Part shown: positions 38,159-51,222 of the stretch, one piece after another
Layout: each line of letters starts with the position of its first letter
How positions within the stretch are numbered: the stretch's first letter is position 1
NCBI RefSeq assembly: GCF_006345805.1
Contig: NC_043006.1
Coordinates: forward strand, 42,842,001 to 42,906,000
Length of the DNA stretch: 64,000 bases
Direction: 5' to 3'
Origin: Octopus sinensis
Lineage: Eukaryota
Translations under genes and position numbers: made by a program
The notes under the pieces: model-generated
Database searches by the model: none
What the model was told of the DNA's origin: nothing
Seen by the model: the letters and a program-made list of their open reading frames with translations, nothing else

Positions 38159-38680
38159 TCTCTTATTATAAAAGGCAGATTTTATCTGCCTCCCTTTGTC
38201 TCTTATAGACAGGAAAGTTTTTTAGGACGAATATATAGATATTTAAATGTATTTATATATTCATCTATACACAGATGTATGTATAATGCGTGTGTATATA
38301 TTTCCATAGAGGTAACTTTTCACTCCATACAAAGTTTTTTAGGACGAATATAGATCTAAAGTATATACAAGTAGCAGAAAGATCGCCCAAAAGTGTATAT
38401 AGATATTTAAATGTATTTATATTCATCTATACACAGATGTATGTATAATGTGTGTGTATATATTTCCATAGACGTAACCATTCACTCCGCACAAAGTTTT
38501 TTAGGACGAAAATAAGATCTAAAGTTATCTCTAAGTAGCACAAAGATCGCCCAAAAGTGTATATAGATATATAAATGTATTTATATATTCATCTATGCAC
38601 ACATGTATGTATAACGTGTGTGTATATATTTCCATAGAGGTAACCATTCACTCCATACAAAGTTTTTTAGGACGAAAATA
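38159..38680 (+). mobile_element. Helitron-like 5' portion with internal tandem repeats (~120-165 bp x ~3)
   Basis: Starts a|TC-tcttattataaaaggcagattttatctgcc; same end inverted at ~43595-43633; anchor aaagttttttaggacgaa recurs four times. Confidence 0.65.
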
Positions 38681-38681
38681 T

Positions 38682-39524
38682 TTATATATAAAAGAAAGGT
38701 TGTGTGTCTGTCTACTCCGATTTAGATTCCTAACCACTCCCACATTTTGCGATGCAGTTTAACCAAAACCGGGTATCTTATAGTCGTGATTCATATCGAG
38801 CCCTTCTGGGTATTAGCGCACGTCTACGATGAGTCTACGATTTTACAAATAATTTACCATCATTTTTTTCCATTTTAAGGCATATTTTTTTTTAATAAAG
38901 GGAAGTAACTCTCAAACTTCACACCAATATGCGTGCTCATATGCGACGTAATATCACATCAGCAGCATTTCCTCACACCCTCCTTGCACTTGGCGAAGGC
39001 AAAATACCAGGGGATGAAAATGATAATATTGCCATCGATTCCATTTGTACCATTGTTAAGACACCTTCTGATCTCAGAGATGCAGTGTTCCCAGATCTAC
39101 AAGCTAATTATCAGAATATGGATTGGATTGGCAAAAAGGCTATACTGGCCCCGAGGAATAAAACTGTTCACCATATTAATGATGAAATGCTAAAACTCAT
39201 TCCTGGGGAAGTCTATGTATATCAGTCTATCGATACAACTCCTGACCCAGAGGACGTCATCAACTATCCAATAGAGGTACTCAATCCTTTGAGCACCCCG
39301 GACTACCACCACACTTTCTCAAACTTAAAGTTGGTGCCCCTATAATGCTCATCAGAAATTTGGTTCCCCCAAAACAATGCAATGGCACACGTTTGATCGT
39401 TAAGTCCTTATCTCCCACCGTAAACTTATATCAATATTTGCCTGAATAATCATCATAATTCAGTGCAATCATTAACAGTACTTTCAAGCAATTCAGCCCC
39501 GAGCAACGCCGGGCAATTCTGCTA

Positions 39525-39525
<1 letters not shown>
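38682..39525 (+). mobile_element. Non-autonomous Helitron carrying PIF1-like helicase fragment (~38905-39420)
   Basis: ORF 38929-39345 (NMRAH...ILAPRN...YPIEVLN), frameshift to GAPIMLIRNL..CNGTRL; 3' hairpin cccgagcaacgccggg then CTAG|t. Confidence 0.9.
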
Positions 39526-39561
<36 letters not shown>

Positions 39562-39562
<1 letters not shown>

Positions 39563-39936
39563 TAGCACTATGACCTGGCAATGCTGGGTCATTGTGCTAG
39601 TGCATGCATATACAGCTGTGTGTGTGCACACACATACATGCGAGTACTGTCCAAATCTCCGACCAATCACATACAGCTAGCAAGCTTTCAATTGGCGTAT
39701 CAAGTTTCGGGCATTTTGATTGGGTTTTGGATAGAAAATTCACAAAAAAGTCATTTCTATTGATTTTTTGATGGCTTTGCTGGTTGACTCAGGAAATGTA
39801 AAGATGTGCATGACCACCCTTGGATGGTTTTGAATAAGCATAGAAAGTGCGAGCCCTCTAACTGAAAAATTGTGGATTTGTATAAAGGACACGCACACAC
39901 ACACATACAGACAGACATTTTGCCGTTTATATATAT
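39562..39936 (-). mobile_element. Non-autonomous Helitron
   Basis: Minus-strand 3' hairpin gacccagcattgccaggtc plus CTAG|t; 5' tatataaacggcaaaatgtctgtctg. Confidence 0.8.
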
Positions 39937-39937
39937 A

Positions 39938-40574
39938 CTAGCAGTATCACCCGGCGTTGCTCGGGTTTGTAAGGGAAATAACTATATAAGCATTTTTAGA
40001 GAGTTATAGCCAAAAAATAGCAAAAAATGCATTAAAAATGGAAAAAATATGATGGTAAATTTTTTTTTAAATCGTTGACTCATCGTAGACATTTTTAGAG
40101 AGTTACTTCCCTTATATAATAGCGAAAAAATGCATTAAAATGGAAAAAAAACTATGGTAATTTTTTTTTTAAATCGTAGACTCATGTAGACGCTTTCTTA
40201 GCCATTTCTGTTTTGGTGTCTTCAAGCCATGAAGTCGTTGTTCTAAAACAACGCTGGTCTCCTTGACAATGCATTACGACGTTGATTTCCTTACACTCCC
40301 TTCCCCACAGGTGCAGGTGTGAGCGTGGACGCCAACTCCGCCGCCATCGACACACGAAAAATTATGCATTAAAATGGAATAAAAAATGATGTTAAATTAT
40401 TTTTAAAATCGTAGACTCATCGTAGACCCGCGTTAATACTCAGACGGGCTCGATATGAATCACGACTATAAGCTACCTGAATTTGGTTAAACTGCACCGC
40501 AAAATGTGGGAGTAGTTAGGAATCGAAATCGAAGGGGACAGACACTCACACAACTACAGTTTTATATATATAGA
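39938..40574 (-). mobile_element. Non-autonomous Helitron related to 38682-39525
   Basis: 5' a|TC, 3' cccgagcaacgccggg...CTAG|t; shares 5' region with 38700-38880. Confidence 0.88.
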
Positions 40575-40654
40575 TATACATAGCGCAGTAGTGGTGAGAT
40601 GTGACAGGCAGAAAAGCATACATTCACTCTCTGCATGCAATTAGACTCGGAAAG

Positions 40655-41183
40655 TTCGTGAGGAACCCATTGACCCAATTTGCTGACTTTTCCGATAGCA
40701 CACAGGTCTCAATGAATGGTTGAATGACCAAATCCAAGCTTCTCTGCTAGTTCCTCAACAGTTACGATGAGATTTTGTTCCACCAGGGTTTTCAGGATGT
40801 CCTTGTCGAGTTCTACAGATCTTTCAGGATGAGGCTCGTCTTCTAGGCTGTAGTTTATGGCTCGGAATTTCTGGAACCACCATTGACACTGCCTTACGCT
40901 TATTGTCCAATCCCCATATACTGCATTAATATTTCTTGTACTTTCCGTTGCGTTGTTGTCTTTATTGAACTCATAAAGCAAAATATGCCAAATATGCTCC
41001 TTTGTTACTTCCAACATAGCTTTGAAAAAAATAGCTGTTAAAATCGAAATGCACTCTTCAAAACTTGCACTATGAATAAGGACAAGATAAAATTACTACC
41101 TGCTTTTATAGCAAGTTAATATAAGTAGTTTATCCCATTCCCCTCTGACATTTAGTTCAAGCTGTTGAAAAAACCGCATTATT
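40655..41183 (-). mobile_element. Mariner left end with transposase N-terminal remnant
   Basis: ORF 40709-41017 MLEVTKEHIWHILLYEF...WFQKFR..SLEDEP, continuing to WVPHEL. Confidence 0.88.
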
Positions 41184-41307
41184 ATATATATATACATACA
41201 TACATACATACATATACACACACACTCTCTCTCTCACACACATGCACACATTTATATTCTGTTATTCTTTTATATGTTTCAGCCTTGAGGTTGTGGCCAT
41301 GCTGGAT

Positions 41308-41338
<31 letters not shown>

Positions 41339-41378
41339 CTATCTGTCTGTCTGTCTGTATGTATATATGTATATGTAT

Positions 41379-42894
41379 GAGGGTTTAGAATCGAGGGGCC
41401 TTAGAGTCAACCTAGCTAAAACCAAAGTACTAATAAGTAGAAAGGTAGAAAATCCACAAATATCCTCAGGAAGATGGCCCTGCTCGATCTGTAGAAAAGG
41501 TGTAGGTAGAAACTCTATAAGATGTACCCAGTGTAAGCTATGGACACATAAGAGGTGCAGCAATGTCAAAGGTAGGCTAACTGGGAAGATAGTTTTTGTA
41601 TATGGCAGATGCTCAGGAGCATTGACCTCCGAAAATCTGCAGAAAACAACTTCCGTCACTTTCCGGGGGGAAAAACTCGAAGTAGTTGATAGCTTCCGCT
41701 ATCTAGGTGACCAAGTCAGTAGTGGAGGTGGGTGCGCTGAAAGTGTAACTGCTAGAATAAGAATAGCCTGGGCAAAGTTTAGGGAGCTCTTACCTCTGCT
41801 GGTGACTAAAGGCCTCTCGCTCAGAGTAAAAGGCAGACTGTATGATGCATGTGTACGAACAGCTATGCTACATGGCAGTGAAACATGGGCCGTGACTGCT
41901 GAGGACATGCGTAAGCTCGTGAGGAATGAAGCCAGTATGCTCCGATGGATGTGTAATGTCAGTGTACTTACTCGACAGAGCGTTAGTACCTTGAGAGAAA
42001 TGTTGTTACCTAAGAAGCATCAGTTGTTGTGTGCAAGAGAGACGATTGCGCTGGTATGGTCATGTGGCGAGAATGGATGAAGATAGGTGTGTGAGAAAGT
42101 GCCAATCCCTAGCAGTTGAGGGAACCCGTGGAAGAGGTAGAGACCCAGGAAAACCTGGGACGAGGTGGTGAAGCACGACCTTCGGACGTTAGGTCTCACC
42201 ATGGAAATGACTAGAGACCGAGACCTATGGAAGTATGCTGTGCGTGAGAAGACCCGGCAAGACTAGTGAAGCCATAATCCGTGGCCCCTACCTGGGACGT
42301 AGTCAGTCCACCTGTGCATACCTTCCTTCTTGTGACACTTGTGAAGACCTGTTGAGGCAAGTGAGAATTGATCGAATCAAATCAAATCAAATCGAACCAA
42401 ATCAAAATAGATGAACATCAATGGAATTTGTATCCTTGTGGTACCAGTGCCGTGGCACATAAGAAAACCATCCGAACGTGACCGTAGCCAGTACCGCAAC
42501 GACTGGCCTCCGTGCTGAGGGCACGTAACAAACACCATCCGAGCGTGGCCGTCCGCCAGCCTCGTCTGGCACCTGTGTCGGTGACACATAAGAAAACACC
42601 ATCCGAGCGTGGCCGTCAGCCACCTCGTCTGGCACCTGTGTCGGTGGCACATAAAAACACCATCTGAGCGTGGCCGTCTGCCAGCCTCGTCTGGCACCTG
42701 TGTCGGTGGCACATAAAATCACCCACTACACTCTCGGAGTGGTTGGCGTTAGGAAGGGCATCCAGCTGTAGAAACACTGCCAGATCTGACTGGCTTGGTG
42801 CAGCCTTCGGGCTTGCCAGACCCCAGTTGAACCGTCCAACCCATGCTAGCATGGAAAGCGGACGTTAAACGATGATGATGATGATGATGATGAT
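41379..42894 (+). mobile_element. 5'-truncated RTE-clade LINE: RT C-terminus with PHD-like finger, 3' UTR repeats, (GAT)n tail
   Basis: GLRVNLAKTKVL...LEVVDSFRYLGD...ARIRIAWAKF...LHGSETW; frameshifted RLRWYGHV; stop near 42264. Confidence 0.93.
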
Positions 42895-42976
42895 GTGTGT
42901 GAACAATAATATTTTCAACAGATGTGTTGCAAATGTATCTGATTGTTCTCAAGCTTCAATACTGTGTGTGTGTGTA

Positions 42977-43009
<33 letters not shown>

Positions 43010-43088
43010 ATGTATGTATGTATATGTATGTATGTATGTATGTGTGTATGTATGTATGTGTGTGTGTATGTATGTATGTGTGTGTGTA

Positions 43089-43119
<31 letters not shown>

Positions 43120-43631
43120 ATGTATGTATGTATGTATGAGTGTATGTTTACTTTATTACTAACACAAGCCACTACGGTTATTTAATGTAAAGTCTTCCTC
43201 AAATCACTCTCTCTTGCTATTTACTCTCTTCCAAGAACATTTTCACTCACTCTTATGTCTTAGCTTCCCATACATTTACTCATGTATCTATCAGCGTCAT
43301 AGACAGAAACAAATATTACATCGCCATCGTCACCGCATTCTATTGTCTACCTGTCAACACACTGAATTACTTTCACTTTATTCGTAGCACACTGTGTGTG
43401 TGCGTTTACGTGTGCTGTAAACCAGACTAAGAAAAGCATTTGACATACACACCAGAATGTGAGTTTTCTGTAAATTTTGCTTAATTGGAGTTTAAATTTT
43501 AAAAACTGGACCTGGCATGACCCGATGCATTCTACTCTTAAAAATGCTAGTAAATTGTATTGAAGAAATCCTATATTGTAGATTTCTATAAGATACAAAG
43601 GGAGGCAGATAAAATCTGCCTTTTATAATAA

Positions 43632-43671
<40 letters not shown>

Positions 43672-43708
43672 TTATTATTATTTTTATTATTATTATTATT
43701 ATATATAT

Positions 43709-44011
43709 GTGGAAGCACATGGCCCAGTGGTTAGAGCAGTGGACTCACGATTGAGGGAGCACGGGTTCGAATCTCAAACTGGCCGATGTATGTGTTTATG
43801 AGTGAAACACCTAAGCTCCACATGGCTCCGGCAGAGGGTAATGGCGAACTTCTGCTGACTCTTTCGCCACAACTTTCTCTCACTCTTTCCTCCAACATCT
43901 TGCAGCTCACCTGCGATGGACCGGTGTCCTGTCCAGGTGGGGAACCTATACGCCAAGGAAACCGGGAAACCTGCCTTATGAGCCAGACGTGGCTCAAGAA
44001 GGAACAAACAA
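43709..44011 (+). mobile_element. SINE family C relative
   Basis: A/B boxes; shares aaacacctaagctccac.ggctccggcag with 33074-33366. Confidence 0.82.
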
Positions 44012-44810
44012 TTATATATATGTATACATATATATGTAATTGTGCTTCACTGCTTACTTCTTTGACTAAGCAAAAGCACTGTACATGTAGGTGTCCTTTC
44101 AGGAAAATTCCAATCATTTTATTTACCAGGTCTTTGGAAGCCCTACACAATAGTATACAGTATTAATAAAATAACAGAAAGAAAAAATCTTTGCCGATTA
44201 TTTCAGAATCTTGTTTTGCTTGTCTATCATTCTACATCATACTTTTCATATGTTTCATACTTTTTATGCTGTTCTAGTCTATCTATATAAGCTCACAATA
44301 TAAATCATTTATTTTTCCCCTCTCCAGTACTTTATTGTTGGTAAAATGTGTTTCATGTAATGGCCATCTCTTCTGATTAAACTTCACTACAGATAAGCTC
44401 TCCACACAGAGAATTTGTAACATATTTCTATAATCAGATATAAGTTCTCAAATGATTTTTATCAGCATTGTATGTTTTCAATCTTCAAAGATGAATATCG
44501 TTGTTTATGTTTTAAATATGTGTATCAACTTAACATCTAAATTCTGTGAATATATTGTTGATACTGCGATATCAGTATTACGTATATACTTTTAGTATTG
44601 TGATGTTTATACTCTGTATATATTATCTTGTTTACCTTACTTTGTCTATTTAGTCAACACATCTATTAGTTCTCCTTTCTCTCTTTCTCCCCTCTCCTCC
44701 ATCCACCTCTTCTTTCTCTTTGTATTGGAAGTGTGTGCACAAATATATATATATATATGTATGTATCTATGAATGTATATATACACATACACATATATAT
44801 ATATAAGCAT

Positions 44811-44850
<40 letters not shown>

Positions 44851-44851
44851 A

Positions 44852-44894
<43 letters not shown>

Positions 44895-44901
44895 TTAAGT
44901 A

Positions 44902-44933
<32 letters not shown>

Positions 44934-45138
44934 CATACAAACATATATATATGTGTGTATATATATAGATGTCTGTTTGTGTGTGTATATTCACACACAC
45001 ACACACACATATATATTTATATATATGCATATACACACACACATATATATGCATACACATACATGCATATATAGATATCACTTATTTGTATATACATAAA
45101 TTTATTTGTTGCAGGTACACGCACACAAACTTTTGTGC

Positions 45139-45172
<34 letters not shown>

Positions 45173-45416
45173 ATGTATCTGTGTGTGCTTTCATATATGC
45201 ATACATACATATATAATGCTAACATACAAACTTATATACTTACACACATACGCATTCATTTGTAAACTTAAATCCAAGCATGAAATATAAGTTTGTTCAC
45301 ATGTATGCCCATACATTACACACACATGTATGTATGAGCAAATATGTTAGCATGGAAATTGAACTGAGTGTGTATATATATGTGTATGCAGGTATATGTA
45401 TTTACATGTTGATATA

Positions 45417-45449
<33 letters not shown>

Positions 45450-45632
45450 CAGATGAGGCTGAGTGGTAGCAAGATTGCTTCCCAACAACATGGTTCTGGA
45501 TTCAGTCCCACCATGTGGCACATTGGGTACATGTCATCTGCTACAACAGTTGGCTGACCAAAGACTTGTGAATGAATTTTGTAGATGGAAACTGAAAAAA
45601 GCCCACCATATACATATATATATATATACAGT

Positions 45633-45937
45633 GAGACCCCTTTGGTCATGACTGACCATGGGATTGCACCTAGGATGTTACCCTCCCAGGCACAAGTCCA
45701 GGCAAGGTTGTTTATGGAAGACCAGCAGTCGCCCATGCATACTGGCCTCCCCTCTCCACGCCACCAGTGTTATCTGAGGGAAAGGCAAAGAGGCCAGTAC
45801 AGCTTGGCACCTATGACATCGCGACTCATTTCTACAGCTGGGTGAACTGGAGCAATGTGAAATAAAGTATCTTGCTCAAGAACGCAACGCGCAGCCCGGT
45901 CCAGGATTCGAACTCACCACTGAGCCATGTGCTTTCA
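45633..45937 (-). mobile_element. SINE family D
   Basis: Homologous to 37181-37514. Confidence 0.85.
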
Positions 45938-46147
45938 TATTTGATTTAGATGTATTTCTCCATTTTCTTAACTTGTATTAGTAACTTGTGGTAAATCATT
46001 TTACCTTTGCCCATATAATACAGTAAATGAATTGATTGCATCGCAATCATTAACATTTATGTATTAACTTTGTTGGGTACTTCACTAGCAGTATATTGGA
46101 TATACGTTATCCCATAGAGGGTTGCATTTACAACCCCTATCTCAATT

Positions 46148-46185
<38 letters not shown>

Positions 46186-47197
46186 CGAGGCCTGATCAAT
46201 AAGTATTCGGACTGTTACATAGAGTGTAGCTGCTTGGCAAAGATTGACCTTGAACTCTAATGTGCATGTGCATAAAATTTTAGCATTGTAGCTCACTTCC
46301 ACTGTTTACAGCAGTGCTTGGAAGGAGGGTGTGTAGCATGTGATTGTCACATTGACCATGACAGAGAAAGTTGTCATGGTGATACCTGCTCAGAGGCCAG
46401 TGCAAATTTGCAGAAAGTGTATGGAAAAGTGTATATGAGCAACACACAGGTGCATGAGTAGTTCAGATGTTTCCAAGATGGTCAAAAAATGTTGATGTTG
46501 ACGAACGTTCTGGGAGACCCACAACTAGCAGAACTGAGGAAAACATCATAGATGTGCATGCAGCTGTGAGGGAAAAACATTGAAACACCATCCGTGAGTT
46601 GTCAGAGGATGTGCAGATTAATTACCATTCAGTTCAGTCCATTATCACTGAAGATGCCAACGACTGCTCGGTTCAAAGCCTCTCTTGACCAGAAATGGCC
46701 TGAACTCTTTGCATGAACACCCTCCCTGTACATAACTCCATGTCCCCCTACATGGCCTTGCTTTTTGCTTTTTGAGCCAAAAAATTAACTTAACTTAGAT
46801 TTGAGTATGAGTCTGCCAAGTTTGTGCCAAAACTAATTTCAGTTAACAAAAAAAACACTCGGGTTTCTGTCGCACAAGATCTCCTTGATTGTGTCAAGAA
46901 TGAGGAAAACTTTTTGAAAACCTTGCATAGGACTCTGAGCAGTTATCACCAAGCTTTTGGCAAAATTTGATGCAGATTCTCTGCTCAAACTTTCTTTGTC
47001 ATGGTCAATGCGGCAATCACATGCTACACACCTTCCTTCCAAGCACAGCACCAAACAGTAGTTGTGAGCTAGAACTTTAAAACTTAGTGAGCATGCACAG
47101 CAGAGTTCAAGGTCAATCTTGTGCCAAGCAACTTTACTCTGCATGCTTTAGCTTTGTTACTATGGCAACAGTTCAGATACTTATTAACCAGACCACA
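46186..47197 (+). mobile_element. Mariner derivative with two inverted left ends (second copy 47599-48607)
   Basis: TIR at both ends; MTEKV...DERSGRPTTSRTEENI...SAKFVPKL; no catalytic domain. Confidence 0.88.
46656..46796 (+). mobile_element. CR1-like LINE extreme 3' end inserted in the mariner derivative
   Basis: MPTTARFKASLDQKWPELFA*, (TAACT)n tail, flanked by agat; absent from sibling at ~51190-51215. Confidence 0.7.
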
Positions 47198-47492
47198 TCT
47201 ATATTTGTGTGTGTGTGTGTGTGTGTGTATCTATGAGAGTGTATCTTTGTGTCTGTGTTCATCTCGCACTGCCACTTGACAATTGGTGTTGATATATTTA
47301 CGTCACCTGCAACTTAGCAGTTTGGCAAAAGAAACCAATAGGCTTAAAAAAAAAATAGATAACAACTGATGTTGATTCATTCAAGTAAAATTCTTCCAGA
47401 CGGTGCCCCATCATGGCTTCAGTCTAATGACTGAGGCAAGTAAATGAATGAAGATAGAAGATACACACGTATATACATATATACATAATATA

Positions 47493-47594
<102 letters not shown>

Positions 47595-48902
47595 CATACG
47601 AGGCCTGATCAATAAGTATTCGGACTGTTACATAGAGTGTAGCTGCTTGGCAAAGATTGACCTTGAACTCTAATGTGCATGTGCATAAAATTTTAGCATT
47701 GTAGCTCACTTCCACTGTTTACAGCAGTGCTTGGAAGGAGGGTGTGTAGCATGTGATTGTCACATTGACCATGACAGAGAAAGTTGTCATGGTGATACCT
47801 GCTCAGAGGCCAGTGCAAATTTGCAGAAAGTGTATGGAAAAGTGTATATGAGCAACACACAGGTGCATGAGTAGTTCAGATGTTTCCAAGATGGTCAAAA
47901 AATGTTGATGTTGACGAACGTTCTGGGAGACCCACAACTAGCAGAACTGAGGAAAACATCATAGATGTGCATGCAGCTGTGAGGGAAAAACATTGAAACA
48001 CCATCCGTGAGTTGTCAGAGGATGTGCAGATTAATTACCATTCAGTTCAGTCCATTATCACTGAAGATGCCAACGACTGCTCGGTTCAAAGCCTCTCTTG
48101 ACCAGAAATGGCCTGAACTCTTTGCATGAACACCCTCCCTGTACATAACTCCATGTCCCCCTACATGGCCTTGCTTTTTGCTTTTTGAGCCAAAAATAAC
48201 TTACTTAGATTTGAGTATGAGTCTGCCAAGTTTGTGCCAAAACTAATTTCAGTTAACAAAAAAAACACTCGGGTTTCTGTCGCACAAGATCTCCTTGATT
48301 GTGTCAAGAATGAGGAAAACTTTTTGAAAACCTTGCATAGGACTCTGAGCAGTTATCACCAAGCTTTTGGCAAAATTTGATGCAGATTCTCTGCTCAAAC
48401 TTTCTTTGTCATGGTCAATGCGGCAATCACATGCTACACACCTTCCTTCCAAGCACAGCACCAAACAGTAGTTGTGAGCTAGAACTTTAAAACTTAGTGA
48501 GCATGCACAGCAGAGTTCAAGGTCAATCTTGTGCCAAGCAACTTTACTCTGCATGCTTTAGCTTTGTTACTATGGCAACAGTTCAGATACTTATTAACCA
48601 GACCACATCTATATTTGTGTGTGTGTGTGTGTGTGTGTATCTATGAGAGTGTATCTTTGTGTCTGTGTTCATCTCGCACTGCCACTTGACAATTGGTGTT
48701 GATATATTTACGTCACCTGCAACTTAGCAGTTTGGCAAAAGAAACCAATAGGCTTAAAAAAAAAATAGATAACAACTGATGTTGATTCATTCAAGTAAAA
48801 TTCTTCCAGACGGTGCCCCATCATGGCTTCAGTCTAATGACTGAGGCAAGTAAATGAATGAAGATAGAAGATACACACGTATATACATATATACATAATA
48901 TA

Positions 48903-48982
<80 letters not shown>

Positions 48983-48989
48983 CATATAC

Positions 48990-49024
<35 letters not shown>

Positions 49025-49509
49025 TATATATGCATTTGCTGAAACACATCCACAGCTGTCTTGTCATCTCCAGACAATAAGCTAATTCATTTCCTTTTTG
49101 GCATGTCCAATTTCTCCATTATCTCCCATTCTCATTTAGAGCTGGTTTTGGTTGTCATTTAGTAACCGTGACATATCCACTGGAGGTGGAGCTCACTATC
49201 ATCATCATCATAATCATCATCACCACCACCAGCACCAGCACCATCATCATCATCACCACCACCATCGTTTAATGTTCATTTCCATGCTGGCATGGGGAGG
49301 ACAGTTTGACTGGAGCATGCAAAATGGAAGGCTGCACCAGGCCCCAGTCATCTGTTTTGGCATGGTTGCTATGGTTAGATGCCCTTCCTTATGCCAACCA
49401 CTTTACAGAGGATACCGGGTGCTTTTTCACGGGGTGCCAGCATAGCTACTTTTCATGTGGTGCAAGAATTTATGTTGTACAGTATTTTATATAAGTGTAT
49501 TTCTCTGTG

Positions 49510-49830
49510 TGAAGGCACGTGGCTTAGTGGTTAGCGTATTCAGCTCATGATTGTAAGATCATGAGTTCAATACCCAGCAGTGCATTGTCCTTGAGTAAGG
49601 CACTTTATTTCATGTCACTTAAGTCCACTCAGATGGCAAAAATGTATAATATCTGTATTTCAAAGGGCCAGCCTTGTCACACTCTGTGTCATGCTGAATC
49701 TCCTTGAGAACTAAGGGCATGCATATCTGTGGAGTACTCAGCCATTTGCCCATTAATTTCATGAACAGGCTGTTCCCTTGATCGGCTCAACTGGAACCCT
49801 CGTCATCATAACTGACAGAGTACCAGTTAG
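49510..49830 (+). mobile_element. SINE family D relative (different 3' part)
   Basis: A/B boxes and ttgagtaaggcactttatttc segment. Confidence 0.75.
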
Positions 49831-49867
49831 TTATTTCTCTGTATAACTTTTCTAGGGGCAATTTTAC

Positions 49868-50326
49868 CCCTTTCATTACTGTATTTATTTTGAGATGTTC
49901 TGTATTTCTTTCAATTCATTTTAAATATAACAAAGAATTTAGTAAAATAACTTAGTTACCATTAAGCTTGTGTTAGGAACATAAATTGTGACTAAGGTTT
50001 GATGGAAGGCTTTAATTCAAAACTTATTAAAACAAGACATTTGTACTCAGAGCCAGAGATGGGTTCAGCCAGGTTGTTATCGAAAGGGTTAAGAATTGTT
50101 TCTCTGTTATATATTTTAACCCTTTTGTTACCTTATTTCTGTTGAGATGCTCTGTTCTTCTTTCAATTAATTTAAAATATAACAAAGAATTTAGTAAAAT
50201 AACTTAGTTATCATTAAGCTAGTGTTAGGAACATAAATTGTGAGTAAGGTTTGATGGAAGATTTTCATTCAGAACTTTTGTACCACAGAGCCAGAGGCAG
50301 TTTCAGCCGGATTGATATCAAAAGGG
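49868..50326. mobile_element. Two adjacent piggyBac-like (TTAA) MITEs: 49868-50088 and 50120-50326
   Basis: ttaa|cccttt ... aaaggg|ttaa ends; homologous bodies. Confidence 0.82.
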
Positions 50327-50704
50327 TTAATAAAGGGATTAGGGATTTCCAAATGGCTTTTCATTTCTTTCATCTGATTTATATATGACTTCATTCAAAA
50401 TCATAGCCAAATTAGAAGCCATCTATGCTATACTTGTGAAGTTGTATCATACCAATACAATTGCTAAAGCTGACTGATGAAGCAAGTCATAAATTCAATT
50501 TCCAGAAACAAGATCTGTCCTGACACTAAACACATGTTTTTTAAGTGTTTGTTAGATTAATTTTTCTGAATTATTTAACTCTGTTCCATATTCATCATGT
50601 AGACTAACATCACAGCTCTAAATATCCAAATTTATTGTTAAGTATTTGTGGAGTTTTTTGTGTTCTTAAATCTCAGATTAGATCAGTCAGAATGTGTTGA
50701 TATA

Positions 50705-50746
<42 letters not shown>

Positions 50747-50838
50747 CTTGAATATATAAATATGAGTACAAACATGAAAATAAATTTGGAAATACATACA
50801 TGCACATGCATACACACGCACACACTTATATGCGTGTA

Positions 50839-51222
50839 CGTGGTCTGATCAATAAGTATCTGGACTGTTGCCATAGTAACAAAGCTAAAGCACACAGAGT
50901 GAAGCTGCTTGGCAAAGATTGACCTTGAAGTTTTAATGTTCTAGCTCACTTCCACTGTTTACAGCAACGCCTGGAAGGAATATGTGTAGAGTATGATCAT
51001 CACATGATAGAGAAAGTTGAGCAGATAATCTGCATCAAATTTTGCCAAAAGATTGGTGATACCTGCTGAGAGACCTATGTAAAGTTTTCATCATTCTCAA
51101 CACGATCAAGATCTTGTGCAACTGAAACCCAAGTGTCTTTTTGGTCAGCTGAAAGCAGTTTCGGCACAAACTTGGCAGATACATGTCTCATATCCAAATC
51201 TTCAGTGATAATGGACTGAATA
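50839..51222. mobile_element. Mariner two-left-end family fragment
   Basis: Same TIR and junction as 20751 and 46186 copies. Confidence 0.85.

Noticed and set aside
42440-42725. Possible HDV-like ribozyme or CRISPR array in the RTE UTR repeats
   Set aside because: The gccagcctcgtctggc hairpin looks superficially like P3/L3, but I could not find P1/P2 pairing; units lack unique spacers and there are no cas genes
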